A stretch of 64,000 nucleotides of DNA from Rhizobacter sp. (GTDB lineage Bacteria; Pseudomonadota; Gammaproteobacteria; Burkholderiales; Burkholderiaceae_C), in NCBI GenBank assembly GCA_046154125.1, contig JBJXEJ010000118.1:10072-74071 (forward strand). The letters run 5' to 3'. Shown here piece by piece: positions 9,547 through 18,057 of this stretch. The position numbers were made by a program, and so were the translations under genes. The notes beneath the pieces were generated by a model. The model was not told the origin of the DNA. It saw only the letters and a list, made by a program, of their open reading frames with translations, and ran no database searches. The number at the start of each line of letters is the position of its first letter. The stretch's first letter is position 1.

Positions 9547-11214
9547 ATGTCCACCGATCCCACAACGTCCGCGCTCGACAAGGAAGTCCGGCGCCGCCGC
9601 ACCTTCGCGATCATTTCGCACCCCGACGCCGGCAAGACCACGCTGACCGAGAAGCTGCTGCTGTTCTCCGGCGCGATCCAGATCGCCGGCAGCGTGAAGG
9701 CGCGCAAGGCCACGCGCCACGCCACCTCCGACTGGATGGAGATCGAAAAGCAGCGCGGCATCTCGGTCGCGTCGAGCGTGATGCAGATGGAGTACCGCGA
9801 CTGCGTCATCAACCTGCTGGACACGCCGGGTCACCAGGACTTCTCCGAAGACACCTACCGCGTGCTGACTGCGGTCGATGCCGCGCTGATGGTCATCGAC
9901 GCTGCCAATGGCGTCGAACCGCAGACGCGGCGCCTGTTGCAGGTCTGCCGGGCGCGCAACACGCCGATCCTGACCTTCGTCAACAAGATGGACCGCGAGG
10001 TCAAGGACCCGCTGGCGCTGATGGACGAGATCGAGCGCGAGCTCGGCATGGAAGTGGTGCCGTTCACCTGGCCGGTCGGCATGGGCAAGCAGTTCCACGG
10101 CGTGATGGACCTGCGCGAGAAGCAGATGCGCGTCTTCAGCCCGGGCGAGGACCGGCATCACAAGGACGGTGAACGGGGCAGCGACGAGATCCTCGCCGGT
10201 CTCGACAACCCGGCCTATGCCCAGCGCTTCGGCATGCAGTACGACCAGGCTCAGGGCGAGATCGAACTGCTGACCGATGCGGCGCCGCCATTCGACCGCG
10301 CCGAATTCCTGGCCGGCCGGCAGACGCCGATGTTCTTCGGCTCGGCAGTCAACAACTTCGGCGTGCGAGAGGTGCTCGACGCTTTGGTCGATCTGGCACC
10401 GTCGCCGGGACCGCGCATGGCGATCCAGCGCGAAGTGAAGCCTGCCGAACCGAAGTTCACCGGCGTCGTCTTCAAGATCCAGGCGAACATGGACCCGGCG
10501 CACCGCGACCGCATCGCCTTCCTGCGCGTGGCCTCGGGTCACTTCGAGCGCGGCATGCGGCTGAAGGTGGTGCGCTCGGGCAAGGAACTGCGCCCGAACA
10601 CCGTGGTCAGCTTTCTGAGCCAGCGGCGAGAGCTGCTCGATGAAGCTTTCGCCGGCGACATCATCGGCATCCCGAACCACGGCGTGCTGCAGCTCGGCGA
10701 CACGCTGACCGAAGGCGAGGCGCTGCAGTACACGGGGCTGCCGTTCTTCGCGCCGGAGATGTTCCGCTCGGTCGAGGTGGCCGACCCGCTGAAGACCAAG
10801 CAGCTGAGGGCGGGGCTGACGCAGCTCGGCGAGGAAGGTGCGATCCAGGTGTTCCGTCCGGTCGGTGGCACGGTGCTGCTGCTGGGCGCAGTCGGACAGT
10901 TGCAGTTCGAAGTCGTCGCACACCGGCTCGAGCACGAGTACGGGGTCAAGGCGCGCATCATGCCGAGCCGATTTCAGGTGGCCCGTTGGGTCACCTGCGA
11001 AACCGGCGAAGGTGCTGCCGCCGACGAGCGCGAGCTCAAGCGCTTCATCGACGGCAACTCGCACCGCGTGGCCTACGACGCGGTCGACGCGCCGACGGTG
11101 CTGGTCGAGTACGCCCCAGAACTGCGCGCGATCGAGGCCAACTGGCCGAAGATCAAGTTCCATGCGCTGCGCGAGCACGCGGGGCTGGTGTTCCAGAAGC
11201 AGCTCGACGGTTGA
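9547..11214 (+). CDS. prfC: Peptide chain release factor 3
   Basis: GTPase motifs AIISHPDAGKTT, DTPGHQDF and NKMD. The layout is full-length RF3-like. Confidence 0.95.
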   Translation: MSTDPTTSALDKEVRRRRTFAIISHPDAGKTTLTEKLLLFSGAIQIAGSVKARKATRHATSDWMEIEKQRGISVASSVMQMEYRDCVINLLDTPGHQDFSEDTYRVLTAVDAALMVIDAANGVEPQTRRLLQVCRARNTPILTFVNKMDREVKDPLALMDEIERELGMEVVPFTWPVGMGKQFHGVMDLREKQMRVFSPGEDRHHKDGERGSDEILAGLDNPAYAQRFGMQYDQAQGEIELLTDAAPPFDRAEFLAGRQTPMFFGSAVNNFGVREVLDALVDLAPSPGPRMAIQREVKPAEPKFTGVVFKIQANMDPAHRDRIAFLRVASGHFERGMRLKVVRSGKELRPNTVVSFLSQRRELLDEAFAGDIIGIPNHGVLQLGDTLTEGEALQYTGLPFFAPEMFRSVEVADPLKTKQLRAGLTQLGEEGAIQVFRPVGGTVLLLGAVGQLQFEVVAHRLEHEYGVKARIMPSRFQVARWVTCETGEGAAADERELKRFIDGNSHRVAYDAVDAPTVLVEYAPELRAIEANWPKIKFHALREHAGLVFQKQLDG

Positions 11215-11277
11215 TCTGACACAGGAGCGCGGTCATCGCAAGTGGCTAGACTGCGCCTCCCAGCTCCAGGAGGCACC

Positions 11278-11883
11278 ATGAGCCTGACCGTCGACTACTA
11301 CCTGTCACCACAGTCACCGTGGACCTACCTGGGTCACGAACGCTTCCGTGAAATCGCCCGCGCCGCGAAGGCGATCGTGCGTGTGCTGCCGGTCGACCTC
11401 GGGGGCAAGGTGTTTCCGGTGTCCGGCGGCGTGCCATTGTCGAAGCGCGCTCCGCAACGACAGGCTTACCGCCTGCTCGAGTTGAAGCGCTTCAGCGAAG
11501 CGCTTGGGCAGCCGATCACATTGCAGCCGAAGTACTTTCCGGTGTCCGGCGACGACGCAGCGCGGTTGATCGTCGCCGTCGACATGCAAGACGGTACCGA
11601 GGCGGCGCTGGCGCTGACTGGTGCCGTGCTGAGGGGCGTTTGGGTCGACGACCTGAACACCGCCGATGCAGGCGTGCTGGCCGCGATGCTCGCCGCGCTC
11701 GGCCTGCCGGCCCGGCGACTGGACGACGCCTACTCGCAGGCCGCGCATGCGCGATACGAGGCCGACTCGGCGCTGGCGATCGAAGCTGGCGTGTTCGGCG
11801 CGCCAAGCTACGTGATCGACGGCGAGATCTTCTGGGGCCAGGATCGGCTGGATTTTGTTCAGCGCCGTCTCGCGCGCGGATAG
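11278..11883 (+). CDS. 2-hydroxychromene-2-carboxylate isomerase / DsbA-like thioredoxin-fold protein
   Basis: YLSPQSPWTYLGHERF N-terminus and GVFGAPSYVIDGEIFWGQDRLDF C-terminus are typical of the HCCA isomerase family. The ATG at 11278 follows CCAGGAGG. Confidence 0.7.
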   Translation: MSLTVDYYLSPQSPWTYLGHERFREIARAAKAIVRVLPVDLGGKVFPVSGGVPLSKRAPQRQAYRLLELKRFSEALGQPITLQPKYFPVSGDDAARLIVAVDMQDGTEAALALTGAVLRGVWVDDLNTADAGVLAAMLAALGLPARRLDDAYSQAAHARYEADSALAIEAGVFGAPSYVIDGEIFWGQDRLDFVQRRLARG

Positions 11884-11904
11884 GCGCCGCAGGCAGGCGC
11901 ACAA

Positions 11905-11936
11905 GAAAAAAGCCGGCGTGTTGCGCCGGCTTTTTC
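11905..11936. terminator. Bidirectional intrinsic terminator between convergent genes
   Basis: AAAAAAGCCGGCG-TGTTG-CGCCGGCTTTTT: an 8-bp GC stem flanked by an A-run and a T-run. It sits between the isomerase stop (11883) and the SWIB gene stop (11981). Confidence 0.7.
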
Positions 11937-11980
11937 ATCGATCAGCAGCGCCGAAGCGCCGTTTTCACTGACCCAGACGT

Positions 11981-12361
11981 TCAGCTCAGGTGAGCGCTGA
12001 CCAGCTTGGTCATCTCGAACATCGAAACCTGAGCCTTCTTGAAGATTTCCTTCAGCTTGGCGTCGGCGTTGATGTTGGTCTTCTTGGCCGCGTCCTGGAG
12101 CTTGTGGGCCTTGATGTACTCCCACAGCTTCTTCGTCACTTCGGTGCGTGGCATCGGGGTCGAGCCGATGATCGCAGCCAGTTGCGGGCTCGGCGTGACC
12201 GCCTTCATGAACGCGGCATTCGGCGAGCGCTTCTTCGCGGGCGCTGCAGCCTTGGTGGCCGCAGTCTTGGCCGTCACCGTCTTCGCGACTGCGGCCTTCT
12301 TTGCAGGAGCCGCTTTTTTCGCAGGAGCCGTTTTGGCCGGAGCCTTCTTCGCAGTTGCCAT
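11981..12361 (-). CDS. SWIB/MDM2 domain protein with histone H1-like Ala/Lys/Pro-rich N-terminal tail
   Basis: N-terminus MATAKKAPAKTAPAKKAAPAKKAAVAKT.... C-terminal SWIB-like LAAIIGSTPMPRTEVTKKLWEYIKAHKLQD...KLKEIF. The ATG at 12361 is in frame with ORF 11981..12502. Confidence 0.8.
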   Translation of the reverse strand: MATAKKAPAKTAPAKKAAPAKKAAVAKTVTAKTAATKAAAPAKKRSPNAAFMKAVTPSPQLAAIIGSTPMPRTEVTKKLWEYIKAHKLQDAAKKTNINADAKLKEIFKKAQVSMFEMTKLVSAHLS

Positions 12362-12622
12362 TTCAAATCTCTCCATCAAATAAAGGGTTGATGTGCCGGG
12401 CTGGTGGAGAACCGCATGAGCCCTCTTCATCGCAGCTGTCGTGCGCCGCCGATCGTACTGCCTGCCCTGTGCATTGAGAAGCGCGTTTCCCAGGAGAAAC
12501 ACGCATTCTTGCTCCTTGCCACGAGGATTGTCGTGTCCGCGTCACGAAGTGGCACGTGAACGGTGCGTGTTGTCGACGCGCGAGCCGCGGTGCCGGAGAG
12601 TCGCGGGCGTTATCCTTGCCGC

Positions 12623-12979
12623 ATGAAGATCATTGTTCGCTGGCTCCTGCTCGCCGCCGCCTTGCTGCTGGTGGCCTATCTGTATCCGGGCGTCTCGGTC
12701 CAGAGCTTCGGCGCGGCGATGATCGCGGCCTTCGTGCTCGGGCTGCTCAACACGCTACTGCGGCCCGTGCTGGTTCTGCTGACCCTGCCGGTCACGCTGA
12801 TCACGCTGGGCTTGTTCCTGTTCGTGATCAATGCGCTGATGTTCTATTTCGCTGCGAACATGCTGTCGGGCTTCAACGTCACCGGCTTCACGGCGGCGCT
12901 GATCGGCTCGCTGATCTACAGCCTGTGCGGCATGGTGATCGACGTGGCGATCGAGCGGTTCTTTTCCTCGAAGACCTGA
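12623..12979 (+). CDS. Phage holin family 4-TM membrane protein (PF04020-like)
   Basis: 118 aa with four hydrophobic segments. Contains LLNTLLRPVLVLLTLPVTLITLGLFLFVINALM, typical of this family. ATG at 12623. Confidence 0.6.
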   Translation: MKIIVRWLLLAAALLLVAYLYPGVSVQSFGAAMIAAFVLGLLNTLLRPVLVLLTLPVTLITLGLFLFVINALMFYFAANMLSGFNVTGFTAALIGSLIYSLCGMVIDVAIERFFSSKT

Positions 12980-12985
12980 CCCGGT

Positions 12986-15148
12986 TCAGCGGGCAACTGC
13001 GGCCGGCTTGACGGCGGCACCGCGCACCTCGAAGCGCACCGTCTGCAGCGTCCGACCCTCGCGCCCTCGCAAGGTCAACTGGTGGCGGCCGGGCCAGGGC
13101 GTCCAGTGCAGGCTTGAGCCTCGCCCGACGACCTGACCATCGAGAACCCAGGTGCCCGCCTCGCCTTCGAACGTGATCCGCTGGGCGCGTGGCGGCATGT
13201 CGGGATCGATCGCGTACAGGCTTCCCGAGCGCGGTGAGCGGATGCCGAAAGCGCTCGCTGCAGGCAGCATCCCGGGTGCGGCCTGCATGTTCGGAAGCGG
13301 CCGGGGCGATTCGGTCCCGGCGATGAACAGTTCGTCTCGCACCGGTTCACGGGCGCCTTCGAAGCGTGTGCGTGCGATGACGACTCCTGCCGGCGCGGCC
13401 GCCCGACCCGCCGGCACCGCCTCGTGCAGATGCTGCATGACCGAGCGCCACACCGGCGCGGCACCGCTGATGCCACTGACGTCGTGCATCGGCGCGCCGC
13501 TCGCATTGCCGACCCAGACCCCGACCGTGTACCGATCGGAGTATCCGATGCACCAGTTGTCGCGCAGGTCCTTGCTGGTGCCGGTCTTCACCGCGACCGG
13601 AGCGCGCAAGGCCAGCGCACTGTCGAGCCCGAAAGTCAGGGCGCGCGCGTTGTTGTCGGACAGGATGTCGGTGACCAGGTAGGTGGCTGCCGCGCTGGCC
13701 ACGCGTCGCGGCGCGGCGCGCGACGCAGCGGATGTGACCGCTGAGGAGGTCGAAGGCCGCAGCAGAGTCACCGGCGACATCATCCCGCCGTTGGCCATCG
13801 CACGGTAGGCGTTCGTCAGCGCCAGCAAGGTCACATCGGCACTGCCGAGCGCCAGCGAATCGCCGTAGTAGCCGCCGCTTTCCGGCAGCTCGAAACCGAA
13901 GGCGTTGAGCCGCGCCCACAGCGCCTCGGCACCCAGCATCGCACCCACCCGAACCGCCGGGACATTCAGGCTCGATCCCAGCGCGGTGCGCGCGCTGACC
14001 CAGCCCTTGAAACCGCGGTCGTAGTTCTGCGGCAGGTACAGACCGGTGGCGGTGGCAAGCTGCGCGGGCGAGTCGTCAAGCAAGGTGGCCGGCGTGATCA
14101 GGCGCTGCTCGAACGCGAGTCCGTAGACGAAAGGCTTCAGCGTCGATCCCGGCTGGCGCCGTGCCAGCACGCCATCGACCTGCGCGGCGTCGGACAGGTC
14201 GCCGCTGGAGCCGACCCAGGCCAGCACGTCGCCGCTGGCGTTGTCGAGCACCAGCACCGCACCGTCCTCGACCTGGCGACCCGCCAGCTCCACGAGCTGG
14301 CGGCGCAGCGCTTCATTGGCGACGCGCTGCGTGGATGCCTCGATCGTGGTTCGAAGCGTCGCCTGCGGCTTCTTGACCGATGCCAGCGCGTACCGGGCAG
14401 CATGCGGCGCCAGCTGCTCTGCGAGCGCCGGCCCGCCGCGCCGCACGAGCGCGAGTTCGACGAGCGTGCCCAGTCCGCCGCAGCTCAGGCCCTGGGCCTG
14501 CAGCACGCCGCAGGCGCGCTGCGTGACGACCGCTGCACTCGCGTTCGGGCCGCGCACCAGCGCCGCCGCCACGGCGGCCTCATGTGTGTCGAGGCCGCTG
14601 GCGTGCTTGCCAAACAGCGTCTGCGACAGCGCATTGATGCCGACCAGTTCGCCCCGCCAGGCAACGCTGTTCAGGTACGCCTCGAGGATCTGCGCCTTGC
14701 TCCAGCGGGCTTCCAGCTCGCGCGCCCGGGCGATCTGGCCGAGCTTCTGCGTCACGCTGCGTCCGCCGACCGGCCGCTCCAGCCGCTCGTCGAGCAGGCC
14801 GGCCAGCTGCATGGTCAGCGTCGATGCGCCGCGCGTCCGGGTGTTCCAGGCGTTGGCCCAGGCACTGCTCGCCAAGGCGCCCCAATCGACGCCACTGTGT
14901 TCGTGGAAATGACGGTCCTCGCTGAGCACGATCGCGTGCAGCAGGGCCGGCGACATCTCGCTCAGCGGCAACCACGGCAGGCGCCGCACCGAGGCGTCGG
15001 TGCGCAGCGTCTGGATCGGCGTGCCGTGGCGATCGAGCAGCGTGGTGTCGGACGGCGCGTGCAGCGCGCGCACATCGTCGAAGCGCGGCACGACGGCGCC
15101 GGCCTCCAGCGCCAGCAGCAGCGCTGCGGCACAGACGACGCGCATCAT
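12986..15148 (-). CDS. pbpC: Penicillin-binding protein 1C (transglycosylase/transpeptidase)
   Basis: Glycosyltransferase motifs SEDRHFHEHSGVDW and RGASTLTMQLA. Transpeptidase motifs PGSTLKP (SxxK) and KTGTS. A C-terminal PBP1C-type extension is present. The start overlaps the A2M stop as ATGA (15145-15148). Confidence 0.9.
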   Translation of the reverse strand: MMRVVCAAALLLALEAGAVVPRFDDVRALHAPSDTTLLDRHGTPIQTLRTDASVRRLPWLPLSEMSPALLHAIVLSEDRHFHEHSGVDWGALASSAWANAWNTRTRGASTLTMQLAGLLDERLERPVGGRSVTQKLGQIARARELEARWSKAQILEAYLNSVAWRGELVGINALSQTLFGKHASGLDTHEAAVAAALVRGPNASAAVVTQRACGVLQAQGLSCGGLGTLVELALVRRGGPALAEQLAPHAARYALASVKKPQATLRTTIEASTQRVANEALRRQLVELAGRQVEDGAVLVLDNASGDVLAWVGSSGDLSDAAQVDGVLARRQPGSTLKPFVYGLAFEQRLITPATLLDDSPAQLATATGLYLPQNYDRGFKGWVSARTALGSSLNVPAVRVGAMLGAEALWARLNAFGFELPESGGYYGDSLALGSADVTLLALTNAYRAMANGGMMSPVTLLRPSTSSAVTSAASRAAPRRVASAAATYLVTDILSDNNARALTFGLDSALALRAPVAVKTGTSKDLRDNWCIGYSDRYTVGVWVGNASGAPMHDVSGISGAAPVWRSVMQHLHEAVPAGRAAAPAGVVIARTRFEGAREPVRDELFIAGTESPRPLPNMQAAPGMLPAASAFGIRSPRSGSLYAIDPDMPPRAQRITFEGEAGTWVLDGQVVGRGSSLHWTPWPGRHQLTLRGREGRTLQTVRFEVRGAAVKPAAVAR

Positions 15149-18021
15149 GGAATCACCTCGATGGCAGGGTTCGGAAGTTCGCCGAAGGTCTCGGGCGCAT
15201 ACATCGCCTCGATGCGTGTCGGCGGCAGCGCAAAGCGGCCGGCGGCGTTCAGGCGCAAGGTGTATTCGACGACATGCCGACCGCGCGGCAGCTGGCCGTA
15301 GTAGCGGCGAAAGGCCTCGAAGCTGCGCTCGTCGAAGGCCGTCCAGGCACTGCCGAAGTCGGTGTCCGCCTCGGTCGACCGGCCCTGTGCCGCGATCGCG
15401 CTGTCACGACCGAGCCCCGAGCCCAGCAGCGTCGCACCTGCCGGCACAGGATCGCTGACGACGACCCAGCTCATGTCGGTTTGCGCGTCGATCTCCAGCC
15501 GCACGCGCAACACATCGCCGCGCGACCATCGCGAAGGGTCCTTCCGCGACACCGCCGTGATGTGGCGCGTGAGGCCGTAGCCCGCGCGGACCGGTCCTTT
15601 CAGTGCGATCGCGGCCAGGCTTTGCACCGTCAGCCACGGCGCGCCGCTGCCCTGCTGCCGAACCGTCAGCAGCGCCGGCTCGGCAGGCCATGGCAGATTC
15701 ACGGAGCCGCCTGCGGGCTGCTTCGCCCAGTCGACGGCACCCGATGCCGGGGCAGGCGACACCGACGCAGCACCCGAGGGCTTCGCGTCGATCCGCACCG
15801 TGCTCGACCCGGTCGGCGCCTGCGATTCGAACTTCGCCGAGAACTTGTCGAGCGCGATCGCGCCCCACAGGTTGGCGGTGGTGGTCGACCACGCGCCGTC
15901 TCGCTGGCGGCCCAGTGCACCGACCACCAGGCGCGGCAATTCGTCGCGCCAGGTCGGCTCGTCCAGCACCGCCAGGATCAGACGAGCCGCGTTCGCGTCG
16001 GCGCTGTCCATCAGCCACCACCAGTGATCGCTGACCTCGTCGCTGAACTTCAGCGTCGTACCGCCCAGCGCAAGGCGGCTGCGCAGGATCTGCTGCGCCT
16101 GCTCGATGCGCCTGGCGTGATCGGACACGATGATGTCCTGCGCGCGCAAGCGCCGCAGCAGGTTGAACCAGTCGATCACTGCCGCGGTCGGCCACAGGTT
16201 GGGCGTCACGTTGATCGAGCCCAGCATGCGGGCCTGCACGCGGCCGTGTCGCGCCAGCGCATCCAGCGCCGCGAGCTTGCGCACCGCGAGGTTCAGGCCC
16301 TGCGCCGACGCGGGCGCCCACGGCCGGCGCTCGATGCGGCCTTCGACAAAGGCCGTGAGGCCGGCGAGCATGGCGCTGCGCGCCGCATCGGGCAGCGCGA
16401 AGCCAGCCTCGTGCGCCGTCGCGATCAGTTGCGCGGTGAGCCGGTCGTTGCCGCCGGGTGCATCGCCCGCGCGCGGCGGGAAGTAGCCGGCGAGTCCGTC
16501 GGCATCGAGGTAGGTCGGCAGCGTCTCGAGCAGCGTGCTCCAGAGAGCCACGTCGCCGAGCCCCAATGCCTTGGCAGCCTTCTGTTCGAGGCACGAGTAG
16601 GGGTAGGTCTCGAAGTAGCGCCGCAGCCCGGGCAGTGCACTGCCGAGCCGAGGTTGCAGCGCGACCCGCAGGCCGCCGCGCTTGACGCCGCTCTCCGGCA
16701 GCGCCTCGGCCGGCGCCGCGACAGGCAGCGAGTAAGGGCCGTCGAGCCGCGCGATCGTGGCCTGCATCACCCGCACCGGCACGGCTTCGGCGACGAGCTG
16801 CGTGACCTTGATGCGGTCCTTCGCCACCGCAGCGCCCGAAGCACTCACCGCTTCCACCGAGGCGTCCCAGGCGATGCTGAATGCTTCGATCGGCACCTCG
16901 ACCGGCCAGGTGATTTCCTTCGCCGACCCAGCCGGCAACACCACCTCCTGGGGCACGAACGACAACGGCACGCGCACGATCTCGGTCGCGCCGCGGTTCG
17001 CGGTGCCGGCGAGCGTTGCGCGCACCTTCATCTCGCGTGACGTCGTGTTGCGCAACGTCAAGAGTGCGCTGAAACGATCGCCGCCTCGCACCAGCGGCGG
17101 CAGCCCGGCGAGCACTTGCAGGTCCTGTGTCACGCGCACCGTGGTGCTGCCGGTGCCGAAGGTCGGCGTGGCCGCACCGACCGGCCCGTCGGCGATGGCG
17201 ACCAGCCGGAACCGCGTCAGCGAATCGTTCAGCGGCACCTCGACCGTGGCCTCGCCGCGGGCATCGAGCACGACCACCGCCTTCCACAGCAGCAGCGTGT
17301 CGAACAGCTCGCGCGTGCCGCCGCGACCTCCGCCGCCGCCGGCGGCCACCGCCTTGCGGCCGTAGTGACGCCGGCCGATGATCTCCCCCTGTGCGGTGCT
17401 GGTCTCGACACCCCAGGCACGGCTGCGGATCATGGCGTTCAGCAGGTCCCACGAGTCGTTCGGACGCAACTCGAGCAGGCTCTCGTCGACCACGGCGAAC
17501 GCCACCTCGGTGCCGGCCGGAGCGGGTGTCTGGCCGTCGGCCGACTGAGTCACCTTGATGCGCGCCTGAACCTTCTGTCGCACCGCGTACTGCGGACGGT
17601 CGGTCGTCACGCTGACCTTCAGTTCATGGGCCGCGATGCCGATCTGCAGCGCCGCCACGCCGAACTTGAACGACGGCTTGGCCAGGTCGACCATCGCGGT
17701 CGGCGCCTGGTACTCGCGGCCGTCGTACCAGAACGATCGCGCCCAGCTCAACGGCTCCTTCCAGCCCCAGGTGAAGAAGGAGTACCAGGGCACTTCGCGC
17801 AACCGGCCGCGCAGCGCCAGCACGCCGACATACACATTCGGCCCCCACGACTTCTCGATCTTGAGCGTCAGCGTCGGGTCGTCGCCACGCAGCGTCACGA
17901 CGCGGGTGTCGATCAGCCCTTCGCGCTCGACGGTGACCAGCGCCGTCGCCTCGCGGTAGGGCATGCGCACCTGCAGCCGGGCGGTCTCGCCGGGCTCGTA
18001 GCGCGGCTTCTCGGGCAGCAC
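15145..18021 (-). CDS. Alpha-2-macroglobulin family protein, C-terminal part (carries the thioester); same frame as 18058..21201, separated by one TAA
   Basis: The sequence reads on as ...RIDVLPEKPRYEPGETARLQVRMPYREATALVTVEREG. Thioester motif CLEQ at 16582-16593 (YPYSCLEQKAAKA). The gene is paired with pbpC. Confidence 0.85.
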   Translation of the reverse strand: MLPEKPRYEPGETARLQVRMPYREATALVTVEREGLIDTRVVTLRGDDPTLTLKIEKSWGPNVYVGVLALRGRLREVPWYSFFTWGWKEPLSWARSFWYDGREYQAPTAMVDLAKPSFKFGVAALQIGIAAHELKVSVTTDRPQYAVRQKVQARIKVTQSADGQTPAPAGTEVAFAVVDESLLELRPNDSWDLLNAMIRSRAWGVETSTAQGEIIGRRHYGRKAVAAGGGGGRGGTRELFDTLLLWKAVVVLDARGEATVEVPLNDSLTRFRLVAIADGPVGAATPTFGTGSTTVRVTQDLQVLAGLPPLVRGGDRFSALLTLRNTTSREMKVRATLAGTANRGATEIVRVPLSFVPQEVVLPAGSAKEITWPVEVPIEAFSIAWDASVEAVSASGAAVAKDRIKVTQLVAEAVPVRVMQATIARLDGPYSLPVAAPAEALPESGVKRGGLRVALQPRLGSALPGLRRYFETYPYSCLEQKAAKALGLGDVALWSTLLETLPTYLDADGLAGYFPPRAGDAPGGNDRLTAQLIATAHEAGFALPDAARSAMLAGLTAFVEGRIERRPWAPASAQGLNLAVRKLAALDALARHGRVQARMLGSINVTPNLWPTAAVIDWFNLLRRLRAQDIIVSDHARRIEQAQQILRSRLALGGTTLKFSDEVSDHWWWLMDSADANAARLILAVLDEPTWRDELPRLVVGALGRQRDGAWSTTTANLWGAIALDKFSAKFESQAPTGSSTVRIDAKPSGAASVSPAPASGAVDWAKQPAGGSVNLPWPAEPALLTVRQQGSGAPWLTVQSLAAIALKGPVRAGYGLTRHITAVSRKDPSRWSRGDVLRVRLEIDAQTDMSWVVVSDPVPAGATLLGSGLGRDSAIAAQGRSTEADTDFGSAWTAFDERSFEAFRRYYGQLPRGRHVVEYTLRLNAAGRFALPPTRIEAMYAPETFGELPNPAIEVIP

Positions 18022-18057
18022 GTCGATGCGGTCGTCGTTGTCCAGTGCAAACCAAAG

